A stretch of DNA of 63,648 bases, filler included, from Intoshia linei (taxonomy: Eukaryota > Animalia > Orthonectida), in assembly GCA_001642005.1 (NCBI GenBank). It is 7 parts of 7 records of this genome, joined end to end, with 100 filler letters (N's around TTAATTAATTAA, not from the genome) between each part and the next. Parts side by side here need not be neighbours in the genome. Positions count along the whole stretch, not along the records: positions 18,131 to 30,584 come from LWCA01001078.1; positions 30,685 to 51,536 come from LWCA01000673.1; 5 more parts are not named here. The stretch is one strand, 5' to 3'. The first letter of the stretch is position 1; each line of letters starts with the position of its first letter. The position numbers and the translations under genes are program-made. Below, piece by piece: positions 26,280 to 37,700 of the stretch. Below the pieces are notes generated by a model, which saw nothing but the letters and a program-made list of their open reading frames with translations, made no database searches and was not told the origin of the DNA.

Positions 26280-26630
26280 TTAAATTTTAAGAATTTTTTC
26301 GATTGAATGGATAGTTACTTGTTTGTTTTTATCTTTTTTCAATGTTTGAGTTTCTTGAAATTTTCGTAGGTTTTCCTCTACCATACTATCCAGCCATTGA
26401 TTCAAGTATATTTCCTTGTTTTCATCAATTTCCAATCGAGAGAAATACATTATACAATTTTTGATTTTGACCAAATTTTTTTTCATAAAATTTTGATAGT
26501 TGCTCAAATTAATAATTTCTTTTTCGTTCGTTGCTGATTTATTTATCAGTTGCACCTTTGCAGTCAAGTAGTGGCCATACAATGATGTAAGTATAAGGTT
26601 TTGTATATTTATGAGATAATTTTTATCCAT
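26280..26630 (-). CDS. Hypothetical protein exon or ORF (116 aa)
   Basis: ATG-initiated ORF with protein-like composition and no recognisable motif. Confidence 0.3.
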   Translation of the reverse strand: MDKNYLINIQNLILTSLYGHYLTAKVQLINKSATNEKEIINLSNYQNFMKKNLVKIKNCIMYFSRLEIDENKEIYLNQWLDSMVEENLRKFQETQTLKKDKNKQVTIHSIEKILKI

Positions 26631-27577
26631 TTAATAATTAGTATTTTTATTAAATTTAATGTTGCTCGTTCGAAATATTTAAAAGAATGATTTTCAAGCG
26701 TTCAATCTTTATGTCAATGATATACTACTGGCACGTGATACGTGCTATAGTTGTTATTGATAAAACATCCAATGTATAACAAGGGAATTTATATTTACTG
26801 TCCAAATTTACACAATGAAATTGCAGTTTAATTGGATTGTTTATACTTCAAAGACTAGTATAATATAAAAAATGATGTTAAAATTCATTAATGACATGTT
26901 AGAAATAACTTATCCAATTACATTCAAGTATATAACCGTTAAAAACAGACATAATTTGCTTTGTATTTTTATTTATGAAATTAATGTATATTATTTTAAA
27001 ATTAGTTATTAAAATATAACTATTGCTGAAAACTGAGCTTATATATTGTCTACTGATGACTTCTGGTGTGTTGTGAAAAGTTCAAAATATAATTATTGTT
27101 TGAGTATGAACTCTTCGATAATGAAAAAATGCAAAAAAAAAAAAAATGATTGATTTGAGCAGACTATCAAACTATCAAACTTGACAGACAAAAACACAAC
27201 AAAAAACTTGGCGAAAATAAAAAATTCTACATTTCACATAAACAGTCCTAGTCGTTTGGACAGCGATGAAATTAAAGAACAATACTTGATCAAATGGTTC
27301 CAAGTACTGTAGACTGTACACTAGAGAAAATGTGGAAAACAAAAAATAAACAATCATTCAATCGACAAAAACCGAAAAATAAAAATATCAAATTTTAACT
27401 TATTTGTCTTAATTTTTAACTAAATAAATTATACTTTTCTTCTTAGTTATTCTTAAAATTCATCATTTGTTAATATTCTCATGTGTAGAATGTATTGTTT
27501 CATTATTGGCGCGATTCTACAAACAACATATCAAACATATATATAGTAATATTTAATTCTGTGGACTTCAACTTAAA

Positions 27578-28143
27578 CAGTAGCGCCCAGGGAGAGTTCT
27601 CTAGAGATAGGGAATGGCAGATAATTTTAACCTCTTTATGGCATTCCTGAATCTGACTTTTTAAAAATATAACCATTTTAGGATTTTCAGCTAGGGGGGG
27701 GGGCTAAATAATTATTAAGGGCCAACCGCATATAATGTATTTAAATAGGAATTTTTATATTATGTTTATTAAATTATAATTCTATTTAATATAATTTATA
27801 TTTTTTCTAGTTTTCATTCTACTAAATTTTTCCATGTTTAACATTCAATTGTTGAGTTGTTCAACTGCATCAAAATCTGCATTTTCAGCAAGTTCTCTTT
27901 CGAATATGAAAAACTTTAAGTCCGAAAATTTACCTTAAATTGATGTTACTAGCATAAAAAATTATACATAGATTAATAAGAAATGATGATTATATACATA
28001 CATATGTACATAAAAAGTAAACGATGGGTTCTAGAATTTTTTTTTAATTTTTCACAATGTTAATACACAAATTAAAATATTGTAGGGGCACATTTATCAC
28101 GACAGGGGGCGGCCACCCCTGCACCCACCTAGATTCGTTACTG
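27578..28143. mobile_element. hAT-family non-autonomous element
   Basis: CAGTAGCG...CGTTACTG termini with subterminal G-rich and C-rich tracts. The TSD is not preserved. Confidence 0.55.
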
Positions 28144-28515
28144 GGATGGATGCCTTACATGAAAATTTTTATTTTTTTTCAAATCGTTCGTTCACCGAAG
28201 ATATAGGTCAAATAGTTTTTAAGTTTCTATGGAAAATATCTTGCCATATTTTTTAAATAGTGGGAATTCCCACTAGAGATTGAACTAATTAAAATACAGA
28301 AATATGGGTCCAATTTCATACATTGATTATCATAAAATTTTTAAAATCATGAGCATTATCATAAATTACAATATCAAAAATTTGTTTAAAAAATCGCAAA
28401 ACACCATAAGTACGCATTATGTCGATAAATGGAAAAAACTATAATACCTGTAGTTGCAGAATTTTTTAATAATCAATGCTGCTAAAATATTTTTTTTAAA
28501 AGAACGAATAAAAAA

Positions 28516-28581
28516 AATACGATACTTGGTCTTCCCAGGCGGTCACCCATCCAAGTACTAACCAAGCCCGAAGATGCTTAA
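28516..28581 (-). rRNA. 5S rRNA: 5S rRNA gene, 3' half only (disrupted), followed by a Pol III oligo-T terminator
   Basis: The minus strand reads TTAAGCATCTTCGGGCTTGGTTAGTACTTGGATGGGTGACCGCCTGGGAAGACCAAGTATCGTA-T8. It includes the hallmark GTTAGTACTTGGATGGGTGACCGCCTGGGAA and the paired helix GCTTGGT/ACCAAGT. Confidence 0.92.
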
Positions 28582-30584
28582 TCCATTTAGACCGGAACCA
28601 TTTTTTTCGATGAATCATAACGAAATTTTTTTTGGTCGAAACATATTATCTCAAACCCTCATATTTTGATTTTTATGTAAATCGGAAACTAGACGAAAAA
28701 GTTATGAGATGTGACCATATGGTCACACTAGGCTAATATGGCTACAAAATTTGTAAAATGTATATAAATATATTTAATTATTATTGTCATACAAAACATG
28801 GAATACATAGTCCAACGTTGCATTTTACGCATTTTGATCGTACCACAGATTTACAATATTGTATTGACAACTTCTATGCTTTCCATCATCTATCTGTGCC
28901 ACACGATGGTTTAACCCATCATAGCGACTACTGTTTGATTTCACAAAATAATTACTGTAATTTGAATTATGAATTTTATTCATAGCATATTTGTCTATGT
29001 AGGCCATTGTTACTGAACGTCTAAAGTGAAATTGCGTTACATCAATGTGGTTTCGGTATAATATCCAATTATTTTAAAGAGCCACGTCAATTGTCCAAGT
29101 AAATATACTCCACCACCATTTTTTACCTCTAATTCCTATTCGGAAGATATTTACATTTTGGTTCATTCTGTCTGTCCCTCACATGTTTTCGTTGTATTTT
29201 TTGATGCTGTATGGAATTTCAATGTTTATCTTTTTACCTAATACTCTATCCCATCCCTTGACACTAGTGTCCGGATTTTTTCTGTATAACGTAGATAACA
29301 CAGAAACAATGAAATTGTCATTCCATTTCACTAATCCTAAGTCTGTCAAGTCGTAGGTACCCATAGCATAGTCAGAGTATCCACGCTTACACTTCTTAAC
29401 ATCACGGTTTGATTTTATGGGACAGTAACTTACTATTTTGTTTTCTAATTAATATAGCAAAGAATAATCGCATTTTTGTAATTGATATATTAATCTTATT
29501 CCAATTTCTATAATTATTATATATAATAAATTGATCCCTTATATATGTTACTATATTGTCATCAAAAAACAATTCAAATATCTCACTTGGTTCCATATTT
29601 GAATAGTCTTTAGAGATTGGTTTCTCAAAAATTCTGAGGTTTTTTTTTGATAAATCTTGTTTAGTCCACTTAATTTTATCACTACCTTGTTCGACTTTGT
29701 AAAATTCTGATTCTGTAAATATTGAAGGTCTCAATAGATTCCCAGTCAGGTTTTCATAATTGACAGTGTCTTCGTCGCCCGAATCTTCATCAGTAAAATC
29801 CATTACTTCTGGAGATTCGATGTACACGCTATGGCCTTCAAATTCTTCATCGTCGAGTATATCGTTGAAACTATTGATATTTTTAACTAAAATATTACCT
29901 TTTGGACATCTTGTGTTGTTTATCTACAGTTTTTCAATAGATTCAAATAATTGTAAAAATTTTATATTTATCGTAATATCTTTTGTATTTTATAAACTAA
30001 ATAAAATGTTTGATCTAAATAAGTACTACCTATAAGTATTAGATCAATTAGAAAGCGTTAATTTTTATCATTATTGTCATGTTTTCAGAATTGAAGTACA
30101 CGTAGTAAGGATGAATTTAAGTGCATACGCAAAAAATTGCGTATTTAAAAAATATGTATCATAGTGAAGAAAGATAATACGATGTATTAATCTACGTGTA
30201 CAAATTCTTAAAATCGTTTTCTTCTTAAAATTTAATTTTAAATGAACTAATTATTAGCTTGTGCAATTAATAATTATCACCGAACACATAAACAATTTTT
30301 GCATACATACACAATAAACAAAAAAGTACATTTACAAATTTTGTACATGTTTAGACATAATGTGACATATAAGTCACGGCTAATTAAAATTACTATTACT
30401 ACCAATTAATTTACCAGAATCATTAGATATTTTGCACACATATACATGGATGTACTAATTATCATAAATTACATTTATTAAATTTAAACTACACTAAAAT
30501 TAAAGTTATTGATGAAATAACTTATTGAGCAAAGACTAAGCTATCCAATGTTACATCAATGCTTTCATTTACTTTACAACTTTT
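28582..30584 (-). mobile_element. piggyBac transposon (PGBD2/PGBD3-like transposase pseudogene, internally deleted)
   Basis: YIESPEVMDFTDEDSGDED...NLTGNLL, EIFELFFDD, VKWNDN, YNENM*GTDRMNQ, IRGKKWWWSIFTW and a C-terminal Cys-rich remnant. TTAA|TCCATTTAGACC terminus. Subterminal palindromes at 28710-28727 and 30361-30378. The second terminus is not visible before the gap. Confidence 0.88.
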
Positions 30585-30684
30585 NNNNNNNNNNNNNNNN
30601 NNNNNNNNNNNNNNNNNNNNNNNNNNNNTTAATTAATTAANNNNNNNNNNNNNNNNNNNNNNNNNNNNNNNNNNNNNNNNNNNN

Positions 30685-31268
30685 GGTAAAAAAAATTGTA
30701 GATGGTATACCCGGAAATGGTGTAATTATACAGCGAGCAAGGAAAGCTGTATCTATAATTGGATTATAAAATGAATTAATCGAATTAAACGAGTATACAT
30801 CTATATTAGGTATTATTGACATGGCAAAAGAGTCTTTCACTATTAATCAAGCATATGATACAATAAAAAAATAAAATTTATTCCTGACCCATGTGAAATA
30901 CAACTATATATAGAAAAAAGACTAAAAATTAATAATATCGAAAAAATTATGTTAGCTATGGATTAGTCCAAACCTCCTTCATTGTACAGCCAATTGAGAA
31001 ATGGGCCTTCAACTTCTAACGGTATAGAAAGAAATTTTACCATGCTGAAGAAATTACTCACCAACCAAAGGAATTTTTTATCTAGTAACGTTAAAAAATA
31101 TTTAATATTGTACCATAATAAATCCTTAATATTTAATTTTTTAAATTATTTTTAACAGAGGAGACCAAATTGAATGTTTAATGTATTTTTTATAGGTTAA
31201 AAAAGTTATAATTTTATTTTGATAGGTTATATTTTGATGATTTTATAGGTTAGAAAAATTTTGCCCTA
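30685..31268 (+). mobile_element. Second copy of the TAGGGC-terminus DNA transposon (3' part)
   Basis: High-similarity inverted copy of about 14583-15070, ending TTTGCCCTA. Confidence 0.7.
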
Positions 31269-31731
31269 GTTATATCCTATTAAGACACACAAAAAATTTC
31301 AATCTGATTAATTGACGCTTTCATTGTCAAAAAAGCATTTTAGTATTCATATAATTTTTTTCTGAAATATTTTATTAAAACAAAAATTTTATTTGGATTA
31401 AAATTAAAATTTAAAATGTATATTAATTTAGAATTTCAAAAAAAATGTACATTGAACGTTTAAATATTTCCAATAACGAGATATGTGTGGAAATATTATA
31501 AATTGATACCTTAGTTTTTTTTTTGCTACACAATTTTTCATTTTCAAATAATCATTGAATATTCAAGGATGCATTTTTTATACCAAGTACATAACAGTCA
31601 AATAATCTTAAATAAATTTAAAAAATCGTATCACCACATTACTTTTAAAAGTGTTTACATGAATGGTGATATAAAATGATGCAAAATAAAAAACTAATTA
31701 AAATTTAGAGTTAAAATTAAATGTCATTTTC

Positions 31732-34700
31732 ATGAAAAATAATTTAAATTTCCTTCAAAAAACATTAGATGAAAATTGCGACATAAAAAATGTAAAGATA
31801 AAATTATATTCATACAATTTTGGCCATTCAATCCATTTAAAAAATCACAAAAGTGTGTACTTTAAAAATATTTATCATGTAAATATAAAAACGAAAAGAG
31901 AAAAACTATACAAAAAAAAGTTTGCAAATTACATAAAAAACATATTACACTCAAAAAACGACAAACAAGTAAAAATTGAAAAGAATGGATTAATAAAATA
32001 CAAAATATTAATCAAAATAAATAGCAAATACAAAATTTTAAAAAAAATTTGCATTATTACAACAAATAAAAGAAAATTTAAAAATTTACCCATAAAAAAC
32101 AAAATATTGAAAAATTTAAACACTGACATTTTAAGAGTAATTACCAATGAACTAATCAATATGGACAAAAAATACTTTCAATATATTGACAATAACTCAA
32201 ACATTAAAAGTAGTAAAAATCATTTAAACGACGAAAAAAAATCTTGGGTGCAAGTAGAAAATCAAATAAACTTTTATTTTCAAAAATTAAAATATAAATC
32301 AATTTTACCGAGAATTGAAATGATCAATTTGGAATCATTTAAAGTTTTAAATATTGAAAATATTTTGAAAATTCAAAAATTATACAGTATATATAATTAT
32401 TATTACATGTTTGACTATTTTAAATACCTCAACGAATTACGTTTAAAAATTTTATCAAAATATTCAAATAAAATTAATCTAATGAAAAATACCCGTGAAT
32501 CTCTTCGATCATGTTCACTACCTTCCATAATTGCAATGAATAATAAATATAATATTGATAATGTAGATAAGCATTATAGAGGTTATTTTGATAACTTGAA
32601 TATTAAAATTAAGAGGGATAACACTCAACCTCAAACCAAGTATAATAGTTTTAAGGGTAATCATACTTTGAAATATAATCAATATAAACGCAATACTACT
32701 GTCAAAAAAGGAAACTTTGGAAATAAAAAAGAAGAATCAGTACATTTAATTAAAGGTATATCTTGTAAATTGAAATATATTATACAATATTGATATTTGT
32801 TAAAGTAGATTATATTGTTTAGGGAAAAATGACGCTTTAATATGTTTGGATAATTACAAAAATGACACTAAATTTTGTGATAATATTCAATCTGCAAGCT
32901 ATAAAAGATTAAAAGTGTTTTCTAGTTTTTATACACCTCAAATGTTTAACAAAAGAGAAAATGACGGACGTTTGGATATGCAAATTAAACATAATTCAGA
33001 TATTTTATCCAATAAATCTCCAGATGATATTTACTCGAAACTCAAATTTATGAAATTAAGTAATTTTATAAAGACTAATTGTACACACGAAAAAGTTACA
33101 AATATGAAAACTTCACAGTTTTTAAAGGGACAAATTTTTTCCATTTTTCAACCTTCCGATAATAAATTGGCTCTAAAATTATTTGGCAACAAAAAAGCGG
33201 TACACAGAGAACGCATAAGACAACAACAAACGGGTCATTGGATTATACATCCTTGTAGTATATTTCGGTAATTTTAAATTTCAATCATTTTATGTTAGAG
33301 GTAATCTCTTATTTAATTGCTTTCAATTTCATCCTAATTAAGGTGAAATAGATTGATAAATATTATCACTTTTTTGGAAATTAGCATTTATAATGGCTAC
33401 ATTTTAGCACATGGTTTATATCTCTTGGGTCTTTTAATATATTTGATTGTTTAATGATGACTTTTACATAATCAATAGTTCATAATACTTAATTTTTTAA
33501 CTTAGGTTTTATTGGGATCTTTTTATGTTAATTATGCTTATTGCAAACATGGTAATTTAATTATATATTTTAATTTATGACGTACAAATCGATATCATTT
33601 TAAATATGCTTTTAAAAATTATATTGTAAATGAATCGTTAGATCAGGGTTATTCATGAAAGATTCGTAAAAGTTGTTAATATAAGGCTTCCGTTCAATTA
33701 ATAATGATGGATGTTATTAATTTTTAAATAGGTAATTTGGGTTTAGTGACACATTGATATGAAATACATGTTGAATGGATATTGTTCACCTAAATTTATC
33801 ATAACCTTGCAATATTGGGAACTATTGCAAGTAGTGAACCTATCATACCGAGACCCTCTTCAGGTAAATTCTCGACGAAATTTTGGTAAAATTGGGTCTT
33901 AAGTTTCCAAATTGATTACTAAAAATGTATATTCTTGAATATAATAACTTTTTTGTGTTTTGTGTGGTACATTAAAAATGTCAAGTCTTAGTCAAGTCGA
34001 GTATAAGAATATTCAGTAATCTCAGAGAAGTGTCTAGTGGTTATATCAGGGATGCTCAACCTTTTTAAACATGTGGACGACTGCATAATTTTCAATAGTT
34101 AACAATTCCTTTAAAAATCAAGAAGTACTGCAATTTCAAAGTAAAATTTTATTTAATACAATTAATTTGTTAATGCAATGCTTGTTCTTGGTGTTTTTTA
34201 CATACATACATTTCGTTTTTTTGTAAACATGTCAGAAACAGCATAAAATCCTGCTTATACAGGCCATGTAGTTGGAAAATATATGATGCTTGACTCCAAC
34301 AATCTCTATATTAATGGGTTTGTTAGTTTTATACCAATGTATCCAAAAACTCCTTCCTTTTGTACACTTGTTGCTAATACAAGATTTTCTTTCAAATTCA
34401 AAAGTTACTGCACGGCTTCTTCAGAATTGTAATTCTTACTTCAAGATCCATTCTATCCTCAGGTTCAAATTTTCTAATATGGCTGTAACACACCAAAATT
34501 TTTCTGTGGACCACGTTGGGCGTCACTATTAAGCTATATGACACTATACATTGGGTGTAAATTTTAGTAGATTTTTTGGAAATTTTATGTTGCAGGAACT
34601 GATAAATAGTGATTGTGCCAGGTAAAAAAACCGGAACAAAATTCCCGAGATATTTAGTAATTTCCAGGAATTAAATTTATTTTTGTTTTTAGTGAAAATT

Positions 34701-37700
34701 TTTATAAAATTATAATAACTTTATACATCAATAAAATTAAAAGTAAACGAGATATAATTGAATTTAAAGATACAAAGTGAACAACCAAACATGACGATCA
34801 ATACAAGATCACACAATATATGGCTAAAACATTAGATTAGTGTTTTTTAACTGGGGCACGAAGTTTATCAGGGAGTCGTGAGAATTTGAAAATTTTATTA
34901 ATATATTTATTTATTTATTCTCCACGGCCCTGCTAAGGTGTCTCCCATTGCTAATAACTTTAATTCAATAAAACTGTTTCTATAATTTGAATAAAATTCA
35001 AATTCAATTGTTCAACACATTTATCATACACAGGTTGTAATTACTGTAGTATTTTTATATAATTTATTAATTTAAAAATTTAGATTATTTTACCTGTATA
35101 TATTTCTTTTTTTAACGACGACTTTTCAATTAATTGGTTAATTTTTAATGGAACTTCCGATTTAGTATTTTTGTTGGATTTAATAATAAATTTTCGAACT
35201 GGTAATTTAAAATTATTTGAATATTGTAATACATATTAAAATATATTATTTTATTTTTGTATAATATATGAATAATATAATATATTATACTAACTGCTAT
35301 TAATTATTTTAGGAATAATTGGTGGAAATTTTGCTGATGAAATTATACTGGACCCTAAAAAAATTGCTAAAAGATATGTAACAACTTGGTTTGCATTGGA
35401 TTTAATCAGTTCAATTCCTGTAGACTATGTCATGTTATACTTTAACTCTCAAATGCAAATATCGCAATTGATATATGCTGGTAAAAATTATTTTTTTATT
35501 GAAATTTATAACTGCTAATTTATAATTTATCTAAAAAAGTAGATTTCAATTGATTTCATATTCCACGTTGTTGTACATCAGGGGTCGGCAACCAGTGGCC
35601 CGCGAGCTAAAAGTGGCACACAGAATAATTTTAGTGGCCCATTGAGTAAATATATAAATTATTTAACTTTAAACAGTGATAAACATTTTCTACTATAATT
35701 AACTCATTATAATTATTTTAATACTGAATTTTCGGATCATCTCGGACTTTATATTGTTGAAATACTGGTAAAGTTTCTCTTCAGTTAAAATTTAAATCTA
35801 CCATGTGTATATTTTCAAAAACAGGCCCATATAATTTTTCGATATAAAAAAGTATTCCACGATGCAAAAGGTTGCCGACCCTGTTGTACATTGTACAATC
35901 TATATCAGTGTTTTCTAGCCGTTGGCTAGGCCCCACCAATGGGACCTGGGAAATTTCACGAATTTATTAGAATTACGAAAACTTATGAAATTATGAATCT
36001 AAATTTTAAATTATTATAAAGTTAATTTTGTGCAATACTACATTGTAGTAGATTGGCTGTTATGTATTTCGTAGAAAAAGCAGCTAGCCTGCCTAGGGTA
36101 TTAAGTTTTTGAGTTTGTGATTGATGATAATATTCATGATTATAAAAAATATCCATAAATTATCCTAACTTATATAATATACTGCGCGATTTTTGTTTGT
36201 GTGTGTCCTACTTTATTGAAATAACTACTAGTCTTAGAATTTTATAAAGACCACATTTCCATCACAGTTTTTTCCGGGACGTATAATAAGATAAATTTCA
36301 ACCTCCCAATTTCACATCTTACGGGTCAAAAACTTCAATTGTCCTTCTTTTTGAAATCAAACGAGTTGGAGAATTTAAAAAAAGTATATACGCTGATACG
36401 GATTTTAAAATCATAAACATTAGCATAAATTTAAATTTACAAAAATTATATCTTCAGGGCCAAAACCCCAAATAACCCTTTTTTTTAATGAAAATAGCCC
36501 TAGAATTTCAAAATTTAAATATATCAAAAGGGCAGCCTTCCACCATATGAACATTTTGAAAATATTCAATTTGCACCCAATCTTACATATCAACTGTTAA
36601 AAAAAAAATCTGGGCCATCGCCTCTAAAGTTTTAAACAATATATCGCTCACAGTAACTAATATATGACAATATTCTTAAAAATATTATTTTAAATATAAA
36701 AATTTTTATACAAATAGCTATAAAGATGCGCAAAATTATCGTCTAGCGAATCGTGAACGTCGAATTGATAAAAAAACCGATTCCAATGAGAAAACTGAAT
36801 AAATAAAAAAATATTAATTGAAAATTAATTTTATGGAAATAATTATTACTATGAAATTTACTATACAAAATAAATTAAAGTTTGCTCATTACTCATATTT
36901 TGAAGTGCTTTGCCCCAAGGTTTTCTTTAATTTTTTTTATATAATTTTTTGATAATTGTGTGTCATTCAACCCCATCTTCCACGTATGGAGTGGCACTTT
37001 TGTATTTTCGCAAAAAAGTGAAAAAGTTCACACCCCTGACATGATATGATGGTTCCACCTGACACAAATTTAGGAACCACTTCTTTAAAGGATTGATAAA
37101 TTATCAAATAGTGAATGGTAGGATTTTTTTATTAGATTTTCAACATGAATTTATTTTTTTGGTATAATAAAAATGTGCCCTCGGCAGAGCTAGGTGCTGT
37201 TTGTATGTGGTACATAACAGTCAATTTAGTACTTTATATGTAAGTTATGATTAAAAATGGAAAATTAGTAACTCGACCTGCGTATAATATACGCCTTATA
37301 TTGAATCTTCATAATGATACCATCATATTTTATAACATATTCGTCGTGGAAGGGGTTGGTTACTGTCAGTTTTATCACGTCTTCAGTGAAGGCTTTTCAC
37401 CCATTACACTGTTTTAATTCAAATATATTGAAATATATATTTTAAATTATAGGTCGAGCTATCCGATTTTTCAGATTGGTTAAATTGTTGAGTTTATTGC
37501 GTTTGTTGAGATTGTCTCGATTAGTCAGATATATTGGTCAATGGGAAGAGGTAAACAATTTATATAAATTACAATTATTCAGTTTTTCTTTGTATCACGG
37601 AGAGTCAACCTGTTTTAAGCCCATATGACACTAATAAACAATAAGATTAACATATACTCCGCTGTATAAGTATAATGTACCCCAAATGCAAGTATTAAAA

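Noticed and set aside
26700-27357. Paralogue of the secreted ORF at 279-1232
   Set aside because: It has a signal-like start but multiple stops, and I could not establish a convincing alignment by eye.
28516-28581. 5S-derived SINE3 or Cassandra element
   Set aside because: The 5' half is missing, the fragment ends in a Pol III T-run with no SINE body or LTR, and it breaks exactly at a piggyBac TTAA.
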